DNA of 64,000 nucleotides from Squalus acanthias (lineage: Eukaryota), in contig CM059433.1 in the NCBI GenBank assembly GCA_030390025.1, positions 13,208,001-13,272,000 of the forward strand. Direction: 5' to 3'. Each line of letters begins with the position of its first letter. Position 1 is the first letter of the stretch. The notes below the pieces were generated by a model. That model did no database searches. It saw nothing but the letters and a program-made list of their open reading frames with translations, and was not told the DNA's origin. The position numbers were made by a program, and so were the translations under genes. Shown one piece after another: positions 27,036 through 39,556 of the stretch.

Positions 27036-27661
27036 TTCCCATCTTAAATGTTGAGTCAGCCCTGTGCTGTGCACCATCTTCAGCTCAGAGGATGGACTGG
27101 AGACCTTCCCAGTCTACCGACACTGCTGTTCGATCACCATTTGCGAGGAACTATGCTGGAACAGCCCAAATTGACTCATTTTCTGGTTCTTTCCCTTCCT
27201 GTAGGCGAGGGTCAGGCACTCTGCTGGGTGCCTCATTTAACAGCTCAGTTAAACTCAAAACACTTAACCTCCACCCACCCAATAGGAATTGTGGCCACCT
27301 ACTTGTGCCCAACCACTCTGTTGCCCAAAGCTTTGATTGTTTGTTGTGTTTTGAGCTTATGTATGATTGCATGAATCATCACAAATTACAAAATGTCAGC
27401 AATATTTTTTTTAAACCGTTACTAAAATCATGTTGACCTGCTTTACTTCAATGGTAAATTGCTCCTCATCTCGATGAGTGAAAGCTAGTTGTTTACGTTA
27501 AAACAGATGGTCCAAAATACGCGGCCATTAGTATTTTAAGAGTGAATGCATGGAAACTTTAACTTTAAGGGGAAAAACTGTCAGTTGTTGATGCAGAATT
27601 AAAATACTGTTTAAACTTATCTCTGCTTTAATCACGTCTAACTTCCCTGTTATCCCACCAG

Positions 27662-27770
27662 TCCCTGACATTGTTCGAAGTGGAGACACTTTTGTAGAGT
27701 CCTCAATCAAAGAAGCTATTCAGAGTGTCGACAGTGCCATCAACTCCACTCGCAGAGATTTATTTGAAAG
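27662..27770 (+). CDS. PXDN: Peroxidasin exon (109 bp), linker [37 protein letters not shown] (not in ORF track)
   Basis: caccag| acceptor, |gtaaaa donor; AINSTR motif. Confidence 0.93.
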
Positions 27771-28689
27771 GTAAAATAAAACTCTACTCATGTATCAAGT
27801 GTTAAATCAAGTATCCTGCCGGTTTATTGAATGTAACTCTTGGAATTATTATAAGTTTTGAAAAATGGTTTTTGACTGGCATGGAGAAAATATTAAAACA
27901 ATATTTCATACCCTTGGCGGCATTTTCAGGAGAACTTCTCTTCGTTCTCTTCTCCCCCCCCCCCCCCCCACCACAAAAAAAACCTGGTTCTCGGCCTAAA
28001 AATGATTAGAAATCATTCATGCCAAAAATTCACAGCAGTTATTACTTATTCCAGAAACACTTCAGTAAATTCCTAGACCATTTTGTAGAAATGCCTGCTA
28101 TCGTACTTGGAGACTGTGGGCTCAAGATTTGGATTGTTGGCATCTGTTTTTTTGGGCAAGGCAAGTGCCCTTAGAGCTCCAAAATGGCGTCTGCGGCGCA
28201 CCCGCACACTCGTGGGGCGAATCGCGCCGGACGCCATATATGTGAGGGTGTTGGGGCGCACGCGCGCACCGAACATCCACCGGAAGTATGCGGAGCAGGC
28301 AGATCATGACGCTGATTTGACACCATTTTGGAGCTCAGTGCTCCAGCTAACGCCCTCTCTTAACCTCACACAGCTGAACACGCGTTCAGCAGCAGGAAGG
28401 ACGTCCCACCAGCGCTATTTAAGGGGATCATCAACTACTTACAGGTTAGTTGCTGGTTGTTGCTACAATTCTACAAGAGTTCGGTGCTTTCGATAGTTGT
28501 TTCAAATTGCAAACGTCAACAGGGAGTGGTGTGGCAGGTGCTGAGGTACTTTTTGCTGGCTTCAAGTTTTCTGCAGAAACCACTTCCTACCAGACAAGGG
28601 TGCACTAGTAAGAAGTCCCTTTGGAATACAGCTTTACTTGGAGAATGAGCAGAGGTCACGCAGAGCTGGACAAGTTGCTAGAAATGGGG

Positions 28690-29627
28690 GCGTGGGGAGA
28701 TGAGCTTTCAGCAGGAGACCATATCCGCCCAGGGTGTTCGGGGAGAAGTTCTCCTACCTGAACCTCGGCGAGGATCAATGTTTGAGACGTCTGCGCTTCA
28801 CTAAGGACGTCCTCACTGAAATCTGCTACCTGCTGCAGCTACAACTGCAGCCTCAGCAGGGCAAGGGCCGCATTGCCAGTGGCTGTGAAGGTGACCGTGG
28901 CCATGAACTTTCATGCGTCGGGCTCCTTCCAGGATGGAGCTGGAGATATTTGCAACATCTCGCAGTTTGCCATCCACTGTTGCATAAGGGAGGTCACTGA
29001 GGCTCTCTGTTCAAAGAGCGCTGACTACATTTCATTGTCTCTTGCCAGAGAGCAGCAGGTGGAGTGAGCACGCGGCTTCCCCATGGCGCAGAGTGCCGTT
29101 GACTGCAGGCGCATCGCTTTGCGGGCGCCACATGTTAACTCTGCCATGTACCGGAACCGAAAGGAACTCCACTCCCTCAACATCCAGCTGGTGTGCGGCC
29201 ATAGGCAGCGAATCGTGCAGGTCAACGCCCGCTAGCCTGGCAGCAGTCATGATGCCTTCATTCTGCGGCAGTCCGCTGTGCCGGCTGCATTTCAGCCACC
29301 ACGGCAGACCAGAGGTTGCCAATGGGAGACGAGGGCTATCCATTAACCACATGGCTCGTGAGTCCGGTGCACAACCCACGCACACGTGCGCAGCCTGCAT
29401 ACAATGGAAGCCGTGCTGCTCCACAAAATATGATGGGGCAGATAATTGGCGTGCTGAAACAACGCTTCTGCTGCCTGGACCGCTCTGGAGCAGCCCTGCA
29501 GTGCTCAGCAGAGCAGGTGTCGAGATTCGTGGTGGTCTGTTGCATGCTGCACAGCCTCGCCATTATGAGGGCACAGCTCATGCCACCAGCTATACGGCAA
29601 GCAGCTGAGGAAGAGGAAGGGAAGTGA
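28690..29627 (+). pseudogene. Harbinger DDE transposase (HARBI1-like) pseudogene
   Basis: CLRRLRF, ALPVAVKVTVAMNFHASGSFQ, AVDC, HSLNIQLVC, PGSSHDAFIL, GDEGYPL, IGVLKQRFCCLD; stops and frameshifts. Confidence 0.9.
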
Positions 29628-29867
29628 CAACCCTTTCTGCCCGGGCTGTCCGTTAAGAACTCCTCCGACTGCGTACCAGTAACTGCAGCCCCAATTCCCC
29701 ATTCACCAACAGTCCCACATCTTACCTTGTCCCTGACCGTCGCAGCGTCCGCTTGGCCACAATGCAAAACTAAAAGCCTCCACAAAATAAACATTCCAAA
29801 CTAAATTTATAAAGCAAAGCATGCCATATTGCATACAAACGTAAATAAATCACCCTTGTATATTCCC

Positions 29868-31490
29868 TTAGTGCCTGTCTTGCGTGTGCCTTTGCCTATC
29901 CGAGTGCTCCTACGAGGTGCTCCCCCAGTGGCTGCAGCCTGGCTGGTGGAAGGCTGCTGACTTCCAGTGGGGGAGACTGCAGATGCCCTTGGAGGACAAC
30001 ATCGAGCAGGTCTGGGCCTAGTAGGCCCAGCTGTGGACTGCACCATCTCGACATGGGCGGCAGCAGTCTGAGCTGACCGGCAACAGCAAGGGCACTGGCA
30101 GAGTGGCAGTGCTGGGAGGATGAATGCTGTCATCCTGAGAGAGGACAGCAGGTTGGTGCTCCAGGGAGCCACTGCCACTCCCCCCGGGGCGGCGCCTCAG
30201 CAATCCTAGTAATCTGTTGGAGGACAGATTGCTGGACTGCTGTGACACCCTGCAAGCCCCTTTGAACACTCTAATCCAGAGCCATGATGGCAGCAGTCTG
30301 AGCTTCCACTGCAGCACCCAGACATTGGGCGGCTGCTACTTGTGTTGCAATGGAAGCTGAGACATCGGCCATCAGATGCTGCTTGCCATTGCACTCAGGC
30401 TTTTTGGCAGGCTTGCCAATGCACCAAGCATTTCATTGTGCATACCCATCAGCCACCTTCTATAGCCCGCACCATCGAAATCCTCATCTGAGTCCTTTGT
30501 ATCAGAACCTCTGGCGAGCTGGCACCAGTGTTATCCTTGCCCCTTACTCTGGCTGCAGTCCACTCGTGCCCGGTGTCTCACCACGTGCAGATCCCGACTT
30601 ATGCTATCCTCTAAACTGTGCGCAATGTGGTGAGCTGGTGGCTGCGAGTGTTAAATCGAGTGACGGTGTGTCTTCATCATCACTGTCTTCTTGCTCTTCC
30701 ACCGCTGCCTGGGCAGGTTGTTTTTCTTGGGTATCTGAAAGGAGAAAGGCACAAGGGTAAGGTTGTGGTGAGGGGAGGGGGGGGAATGTAAGAGGTGCAT
30801 GCTTACACCATCTGCAGCTTGTAAATCAGAAGAGATTGTGGGATGAGGGGGAAGTGGGTTGTGAGAAGGAGAATTAGGTATGAGGATACAGTCATCTTCA
30901 GCCTGCCGCTGGCCAGCCCCGTCTCCTCCGCCTGTCCTCCACCAGTTAGCTGCTGTTGCCTCCTGGTGTGTGCCACCTTGTCCTACAAGAGAGAAGGAAG
31001 AGCGTCGATGAGTGTCGTACAAGCTGTTTGGGTGATGGGGCAGTCATGGTTGAATAGCTGGCAGTGTGTGCAAGCTGTGAGATGTGGGTGTGAGGCTTAC
31101 AACTATGCTAAGTGTGTGAGGGTGAGGTGAAGCTAAGAATGTTAGGTATGAGTTCTGATTGATAGAGATTGTTGGTAGGTAAGTGATGGGGGTGTGGTGC
31201 ATTGAGCAGTGGCTGAGGCTAGTGGTGCAGTTGGTGGGATATGGCATTTGAAGATGCATTCACTGACCTTGACCACTCGTGAGGTCGTTGAATATTTGCA
31301 GCACTGCATCCAGGTCCTCGGGGCTTGACTCCTGGCATTAACCTCCACGGCTATCTGCACCCACTGCCCTCTGAGCACGTGTCTGAAGGGCCTCCTGGCT
31401 TGCTGTGAATACAGGATATCTCTCCTCCACCAAGGCCTCCAGTGCATCGTACGGAAACCTTGGACCCCGCTGTCCCCTATATTGTTCCAT
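29868..31490 (-). pseudogene. Harbinger Myb/SANT-like (MSANTD/NAIF1-type) accessory gene, intron-containing, decayed
   Basis: PRFPYDALEALVEE...QWVQIAVEVNARSQAPRTWMQC; donor after 31268; acceptors before 30982 (DKVAHTRRQQQLTGGG) and 30734. Confidence 0.75.
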
Positions 31491-33223
31491 TCTTCAATGT
31501 TTCCCAGGTCAGATCTACTTCCGAATGACTGCCAACACCTGCTCCAGCCACAATGCACCTCCCCTTTAAGAGGTGCAGGCCAGCTTTAAGCAGTGCAGTC
31601 TAGCCTTAACTGGTGCTAGCAAGTAACGATTTTGGGCCCCCCTGCTGATGCGTGCAGTCAATGAACAGCGTGGTTAGCGCTGGCTGCACGCTGAAATCCT
31701 GGAAATGAGCATGCAGCACGAAGCATTGCAATCAACAGGCGCGGGTTAATCGCGCATTGCGTTCCCCACGCCCAATTTCAGGGGCTATCGAATTTAGCCC
31801 CTGTGTTTACTTTATTCTGTAGTCCTAATAGGCTTTTGGCTATATGGAAACAGCCTACATATGAGACATGCACTAGTATTTAATATTTGGATTTGTAGAC
31901 CAATTGTTGGGAAACATTTAACAATGTTAAAGTACGGCAAATACCAGGGTCAATTTTTTAAAATTCAGTCATTTTTAAATGGGGGGGGGAGAGAATAACC
32001 TAAGTAGAACAATGGTGTTCAGAAAAAATATATAACCTGTCGAATTGGACTGAATAGCAAATGAAATACAAGGTACATGTTGCATGTGGGGTGCAGTGCA
32101 GAACGTAATTAAGTAACTGCTGAAGAGGAATTAAATACTGCTGAATGACGAGAGTGCAGAGTGTTCTGTCGGGTGTGTCCATGTGTGGTCTGGTTTTTTT
32201 TGTGTAATCTCTTCACCGTCCCAACCTTCGTTGTGTTTACACGAGACTTTTTTTTAATGCGAAAGTGTGATGTTTCTTAATTAAAGTCCGGGGGTGGGGG
32301 TGAGGGGAGGAGGTGTTCGTCCATTCTTTCGCGTTGAAACGTGGCAGCTGGAGCTTTAGTTTTGCGAGAGGAGCTAGCGCATCTGCAACTTATTCAGTTA
32401 GTCCGCTGCTTCCATTGAGGAAACTCCGGGGTAATGGGGTAAACGTCAGGGAAAACGACTTTGAGAAGCAGAGAGGGGGAGCGGGCTGAAGGGAAGGAGA
32501 GGAATAAGCGAGAATGGACAACATGAAATGTGTGTTAGAATTTCTGCGCATCGCTGCTTCCACTTTGAGCGCTCTGTTCCACTTTTTTTTTTATTCCACT
32601 GAAGCACATTGTATAAATTGAGATTAACAACGTGTAGAATGTACGGTTGCAGAGGTTCTGTTTTTTTTCTTAAAATGTTAATAACTTTTAGATTTAGCTA
32701 GGATAGGGCAAAATATCATGCAGATCAGCAAGAGCGTCGGAAATAAAAACTTTTGTCACTTTCTGTGTTTACACTTGTTTATCTTGTTTTCTTATTTAAC
32801 AGTGTCTCCTTTATTTTCTTATCTTTCTAACCATGTTGGACGATATAGTGCAGGTATAGTATCCGCTGTATTAACATTTTATATGTTCTGTGAGCTTTCC
32901 TTGTATCAAATACTTTTGCTGCAGCATGTTTTGATGCTATACATCTGTTAATCTCCGTCTTTCAAATCAACTTTAATCTTTTGATGCCTGGAAAGCATTG
33001 TATAATTTGATGCCATGACTCGCGGTTTGAGGCAGTTTTCTGGAATCTGCTTTTGTTTTTACGTTCAGTGTTGTGAGTGTGTGTACATATATAGGCTTTG
33101 TTACATACAGCATAAAGATGGTCTTCCTCTGTAACATATCTCCACCTTTTTTTAAAAAATTCATTTATTTATGAATGTAACTGGAGCAAACAAAAGTACT
33201 AAGGCCAGTTGCCATAATGAACT

Positions 33224-33265
33224 AGAGCAAGATGGGTGAATGGGCAGATTCACCCATCTTGCTCT
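33224..33265. repeat. Perfect 18-bp inverted repeat with a 6-nt loop
   Basis: AGAGCAAGATGGGTGAAT-gggcag-ATTCACCCATCTTGCTCT. Confidence 0.95.
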
Positions 33266-33405
33266 TTTTCTTTTCGAGAAAGCTGGGACTGTATTAAGCT
33301 GATTTACATTTTTTTTAAATCCGGTTTTATTGCCACGTAAACAAAATCAACTGAATGCTTTTTAAGGGACCACTAATATTTTTCATCTAAACATTGTCCA
33401 AACAG

Positions 33406-33563
33406 ACGACCTCAAACCCCAAATGAACTGCTTGCCTTGTTCCGCTATCCACGACTTCCAATTGTTTTTGATCTTGCTCGAGCGGGGGAAATTTTTGAAC
33501 GGACCCTGCAACTCATTCAGGAACATGTCAACGATGGACTGATGGTTGATCTGAATGGAACAG
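33406..33563 (+). CDS. PXDN: Peroxidasin exon (158 bp), [52 protein letters not shown] (not in ORF track)
   Basis: aaacag| acceptor, |gtcagt donor; [18 protein letters not shown] motif. Confidence 0.95.
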
Positions 33564-33761
33564 GTCAGTAAGGGTAGCCACCACAGTTGAATTCAAGTTG
33601 AAACAGTTTTTAAGCAAAACAAATGTTGCCATGAACATACTGTTCAAAGGATACCTTTCCTGAGGCACATGTTAATACAATGCAGTGTTTGCTTAACTGA
33701 AGCAGCTGGATAAATGCAACATTTTGTTTCCCCACGAAGGTATTCTTACTGATGGTGTCAG

Positions 33762-34110
33762 CCTGAGTCAGAAGGTCGTGGAATCGAGCCCAACTCCAGA
33801 GACTTGAGCACATAATCTGGGTTAACAATTCATTGCAGTACTGAGGGAGTGCTGCACTGTTGGAGGTGCTGTCTTTTGGGTGAGACGTTAAACAGCCCAT
33901 CTGTTCCTTCAGGTGGATGTAAAAGATCCCATGAATTCTCCCCGTGTCCTGGTCAGCATTTATCCCTCAACCAACAGATTATCTGGTCATTTATCTCATT
34001 GCTGTTTGTGGGAGCTTGCTGTGTACAATTTGGCTGCCACGTTTCCTACAGTACAACAGTGCCTACACTTCAAAAGTACTTCATTGGTTGTCGAGCGCGT
34101 TGGGTTGTCC
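33762..34110 (+). mobile_element. SacSINE1-like SINE, diverged
   Basis: Homology to other copies in the window. Confidence 0.75.
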
Positions 34111-34124
34111 GAAGGAATTGAAAG

Positions 34125-34700
34125 CCTCTCATTTAAAGTTCTCATCCTTGTGTTCAAATCCTTCCATGGCCTCGCCCCTTCCCACCTCTGTAACCTCCTC
34201 CAGCCCCACAACCAATGATCCCTTTGAGCTGCGCGGCAGTCTGCCGGTCCCACAAAGTCCGGGAGCGGCTTTTCCAGTGTGAAATCTCGCGCATGCACAA
34301 AACTTTGGGCCGCACAGCCTGTTAAAAGGGGCCACGCACCCAAAAAAAAAGATTTGGGGGAACATTGCCTCCAAACCTTCAAGAACTCTGCATTCCTCCA
34401 ATTCTGGCAACTTGTGCATCCCCGACTTCCTTTGTCCCACCATTGGCAGCCATACATTCAGCTGTCTGGACCCTAAGCTCTGGAATTCCCTTCGTAAACC
34501 TCTCCGCGTCTCCGCTTTTCTCCTCCTTTTAGGCACTCCTTAAAACCTACCTGTTTGACCAAGCTTTTGGTCACTTGTCCTAATGTCTCTTTCTTTGGCT
34601 TGGTGGCAATTTTTAAAATCTGATTACGCTCCTGTGAAGTGCCGTGGGACGTTTTTACTTTAAAGGTGCCATTTAAATGCAAGTTGTTGTTGTTGAAAGG
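34125..34700 (+). mobile_element. L2-like LINE 3' fragment containing a hAT MITE (34213-34367)
   Basis: FKVLILVFKSFHGLAPSHLCNLLQP; insert ends CAATGATCCC / GGGAACATTG, like the 22901 element. Confidence 0.75.
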
Positions 34701-34976
34701 TGCTTATATAAATGCAATTTCTTTTTTCTCTTTTTTTCTTTCACTCCCTTTCTCTTTTTTCTTTCTCACCTTTCCCCCTTTTTTCTCTCTTTCTCTCTTT
34801 GTTCCTCTCTCGCTCACTTTCTTTCTCTCCATTAACAAAGCTTTAATGCTTGTATACAACCAAGTCGTTACAGTACAAAAGGTTTTCATTACTTTGTATA
34901 AACTTGTCAGCATAATTTCTTTTAAAGTGTGACATTTCGCAACTGTAAAAACTAAAAGGCTGTAACTATTTGCAAC

Positions 34977-35044
34977 ACCAGATTTCTGATTGGTCCCCTT
35001 GGAGGACAAGACCAGATTTCTGATTGGTCCCCTTGGAGGACAAG
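34977..35044. repeat. Perfect 34-bp tandem duplication
   Basis: accagatttctgattggtccccttggaggacaag x2. Confidence 0.95.
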
Positions 35045-35574
35045 CCAAGCCCAGCAGTTTGTCTGGAATCTGTAATTAGATCCTGCCTGCCTCAGTAATC
35101 AAGATCTTTGCGATGTGTAATTCATTGTGACAGCCAGGCCGAGGTAGATACTACTGCTTTTAGAGAACAGACAGGGCTCACCCTCCTGGGTTAGGGACTT
35201 CTTCTCTCACCCCCCCCCCCAAACAAGTTCCTGCCCTTCTGCCCCCCCCCCCCCCCCCCCAATGGATGGGGCATTGTGTGTGGTTCACAGATTGTTAACA
35301 GGTTTATTGGGTAGGAAGTGAATAGTGACAGTGTCATCACTTCCGTATTTCATCCAGTTCAATAGTGTCACTTGCCACACGTGCGCCGGGCTTTCCGAGA
35401 AATCACCCAGGTCTGGGGGGAGGAGAGGGAGAACGTGGTGAGGGTGTAAAGGGGGTGGGCGTGGGTTTGGAAGAACGTGATCCGTCTTCCCATCTGGATC
35501 ATGTTCTCACTCTCATCCCAATCCCCCTCACCCTTAGACCTGGATCATGTTCTTCCCCCATCCCCACTGTTATC

Positions 35575-35815
35575 TCCGTGCTCTCCCCGCCCCCCCCCCC
35601 GAGCTCCTGACCTTCTCTCCCCCCGAACTCCCCTTTTCTCCCCCAATCCCCTCTCCTTTCCCCCCTCTGAACCCCCTCTCCTCTCCTCCCTCCCGACCCC
35701 CCCTCGCTGCCCCCCCGACCCCCCCCTCGCTGCCCCCCCCCGACCCCCCCCCCCCTCGCTGCCCCCCCGACTCCCCCCCCCTCACTGCCCCCCCGACCCC
35801 CCCTCGCTGCCCCCC
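35575..35815. repeat. C-rich low-complexity tract / minisatellite (ccgacCCCCCCtcgctgCCCC-like units)
   Basis: About five degenerate units. Confidence 0.8.
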
Positions 35816-35989
35816 ATGTTGCTCAGAGATCCGAGATTTATATAATTATGACTGTTAAACACAGGCTCAAAAATACAATTTAATTTTGCAAACCATTGGG
35901 GAATTTTGTCATCAATATTGTACTGGACCAACTGAATAATGTCTCCTAAGCTTGGATTTGTGATGATTGATACTTTGACAAATGGGACT

Positions 35990-37187
35990 CTTCTCTTCCC
36001 TTCCTTGACTTCTCTGTCTCCATTTCTGGCGATAGGCTATTAACAAACATCCACTACAAGCCCACTGACTCCCACAGCTACCTGGACTACACTTCCTCCC
36101 ACCCCGCTTCCTGTAAGGACTCTATTCCATTCTCCCAGTTTCTCCGTCTCCGCCGCACCTGTTCTGACGATGCCACCTTCCATATCAGTGCTTCCGATAT
36201 GTCTTCCTTTTTCCTCAACCGAGGATTCCCCTCTACCGTGGTTGACACGCCCCTTGACCGTGTCCATTCCATTTCCCACACTTCTGCTCTCACCCCTTCC
36301 CCTCCCTCCCAGAACCACGATAGGGTTCCCCTTGTCCTCACCTTTCACCCCACCAGCCTCCACATTCAACAGATCATCCTCCACCATTTCCTCCACCTCC
36401 AACGTGATCCCACCACCAAACGCATCTTCCCCTCACCTCCCTTTCAGCATTCCGAAGGGACCGCTCCCTCCGCGACACCCTGGTCCACTCCTCAATCACC
36501 CCCAACACCCCTTCCCCTTCCCATGCAAGTGCAGGAGATGCAACTCCTGCCCTTTTACCTCCTCCCTTCCCACTGTCTAGGGCCCCAAACACCTCTTCCA
36601 GGTGAAACAGCGATTTACTTGTACTTCCTGCAATTTAGTATACTGTATTCGCTGCTCACGATGTGGTCTCCTCTACATTGGGGAGACCAAACGCCGATTG
36701 GGCGACCGCTTTGCGGAACACCTCCGTTCAGTCCGTAAGGGTGACCCCGAGCTTCCGGTCGCCTGTCACTTTAATTCTCTGCTTCACTCCCACTCTGATC
36801 TCTCTGTCCTCGGCCTCTTACACTGTTCCAATGAAGCTCAACGTAAACTCGAGGAACAGCACCTCATCTTTCGATTAGGCACTTTACAGCCTTCTGGACT
36901 CAACATTGAGTTCAACAATTTCAGACTATAACCCCTCAGGCTGTTTATGATTCTGCCATCCCCATTTGCAACATTTAATCTCTCCTGCCTCCTACCCTAG
37001 CACAGACTATTCCTTCAGGTCCTCCCCTCCACCCCCTCACCCTGCCTCTGCACCTGCTTAAAATCTGTTACATCTCCAGCTTTTTCCAGTTCTGATGAAG
37101 GGTCCCAGACCTGAAACGTTAACTCTGTTTCTCTCTCCACGGATGCTGCCTGGCCTGCTGCGTATTTCCAGCATTTTCTGTTATTTT
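35990..37187 (+). mobile_element. Penelope-like element 3' part: RT C-terminus, GIY-YIG endonuclease and terminal hammerhead-bearing repeat
   Basis: LPFLDFSV..YKPTDSHSYLDYTSSHP; NLVYCIRCSRCGLLYIGETKRRLGDRFAEHLRSV...HFNS...GLN; one frameshift. Confidence 0.92.
37088..37124 (+). ncRNA. Minimal type-I hammerhead ribozyme motif (Penelope-type)
   Basis: AGTT-CTGATGA-A-GGGTC(cca)GACCT-GAA-ACGT-T-AACT: stem I, core, stem II, palindromic stem III. Confidence 0.75.
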
Positions 37188-39556
37188 AGAATTCATGGAT
37201 TGTGTAGTCTGATGCCAAAGTGTGTTATTTGTAGGTAAATTTCTGCTTCCCCTTGTGTGTGTTATTTATCGCACATTTTTAGTTTTGGAAGTTAAATGAG
37301 TTTGTATTTGCACCATCGCAAACATTCCTTTGTGGAAGAGGTGAAAGTGCAGGTTAATCGCAGGCTGATATCTCTGAGGAGGACCAACATTGTTATACTC
37401 TCTGGTGCGTGTTTGATCACAGAAGGGCGGAGACTTGTAGGGACAGTTTTTTTGAGAGGAAACAAATAGCAGATATAAAGAGAATAGAGCCAGGAACATG
37501 AAATCTCGAGTGCTTTTAAAAATAGACCTGATGATCAGAGGCGAGGTGGATTGAGAGTAGTGGAAATGCAGATTGAGTGTTTCTGTGTTACATCTATCCA
37601 GGTAATGGAAGGACTGAATCAAGCAACCGCAGTAAATAATTTATCAGTCACATGTAAAATAAAATGTAATAAATGGCAGTAATAGACATGAGCGCAGGTG
37701 TATTAGTGCAAGTAGCAAGGACCAGGGTAGATCCCTTGTCTCTACTGAGTTAGGTGATCTCAGCCAGGGCAGCAGTGAACCTTTAATATCCTTGGGCAAG
37801 AGGAGGAAAACTTGTTTCCTGGTCGTCCTCTAACATTCTGTGCTGCAAGTTGTGAAAAGGACAGTATTTGGCTTGGTTGAGAATGTCTCGATGGTGAATA
37901 GCCTGATAACACTAATAATCGAGACTTACACATAAACAATAGCCATCTGAGAGGATTTTTAACACTTATGGAGCTGGGTAGGAGAAAGTTGAAGGGTAAA
38001 TTCGAGGAGCTCCGAAATAGAAAGTGTGTATTCAACATTTTGAAGGGGAACCATTCTCAAAAGACTAACAATCTAAAAGTTACTATAGTGACTAGCTTTC
38101 ATTTTCCAGCAATGCACCATCATTGTAGATGAGTATTGTCATCGGACCCGTTCCAATTCATGATGTACAATCGGGATACTCGGTAACATTTAGTCTAGGG
38201 CCAAATTCCAACTTTGTTCGAGGGACACTTTCCCCAACTTAACTTAAGACAAATGCCCTGTGGTTGTTTTTAATAATAACTGTTGTGCCAAATCGGCTGA
38301 AAGAAAGAAAATGCAGCTTGTACATCTCCCATTCTTTTGCTCGCTTTTCTATTGTAACACTTGAGGTTTCCAATGATTCCATGCATTTAAGAGTTTGAAG
38401 ATTTGAATTGCTCTTCATTTGAAAGTTCCATGGTAGCCTGGTGTATAGTACAAGCTCCATTCATTGGCGCGCATTTTTTCCTGGTAATGGGTATGGCTGA
38501 TACCATCAAAAGGCCCTCATATGGAGCAAAACAAAAATACTGCAGTGTGACATTATTACAAAGCATCAAACTAGCAAATACTGTTCCAAAATCTTGGGAG
38601 ATTAGTTGGGGGTGTTTGACTGACCACTGCAAGCGTCACAATCTGTAGAAGCCAGTTGTATAGCGAAAAATACATTTTCTTCTTTTCTTTTATGATTATA
38701 AAGAAAGTTGAATTAAATAAGTTTGGGAGCCTGTAATAACACGGAATCGCTGGATTCTGTTAATTTTCATTTCGAGATGATTACCCTTGTGGTTTTGGAG
38801 CTGATCAGAATCCCTTGATGCGGTTGAGCTTTAGAATGCACTTTAACCAAATCTAGGTGAAGTTACATTGTTCACCTTTGTTGAGTTTTAACACAAAAAA
38901 AACCCCAATTTAAGTATTTTCTGACAAGCTACCGGCCATAACGTTCTTTCTGGGTTTTGAGTTTCCTCCTGAAACAAAGGAATCATAAAGCCTGTCACTG
39001 AGCAGGGGAACGCGTGCATCCTTAATTTTGCACAACCTGCACGTTCTGCCTGCCTGTGACCGCTGGCTGCAAGTTGTACAATATCTCAAACAAATGTGGT
39101 CTTAATTAGCAGACACAGAAGCTGCATTTATTTGTTTTCCTCTGTCTGTTGTTTTCTTTCCCATTTGAGCGCACACTCTCAAGATCTTTGCCCCAAGTCT
39201 AATCAGAACTCTGTCACAGTAAGCACAGTAAAGTTTTTTTTTGATTTAAGAAATGTAGGCAGCCACACTATGAGATGGTGGTGCTCCCAGTCACCTCCCA
39301 TTTCTCAGATTGTACCGATGACAGCAGGTATTTTCCATTTCATTCTTTTTTTAGTCTCTCAACGCGTGGTTCGGTTTGTGGACTTTGGTGTGAATTTCTC
39401 CAAATCGGAGTGCTATCTTCACATCATCTCCCAGCTCTTAATGTTAGATTAACCGTGTTCTTGTTCCCCGCTCTCAATTGTTCAACAGCCAAATTCTAAA
39501 GTTAGCACTCTTTCAAACATTTGTTAAAAGTCTACTGCCATTTAGTTGAAAAAGGT

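Larger units (their letters stand above)
28118..31801. mobile_element. PIF/Harbinger DNA transposon, autonomous-type architecture, decayed
   Basis: Imperfect TIRs GGGCTCAAGATTT / AATTTAGCCCC; TSD TGT; convergent DDE transposase and Myb/SANT genes. Confidence 0.88.

Noticed and set aside
35477..35858. Proline-rich ORFs
   Set aside because: Artefact of translating a C-run minisatellite.
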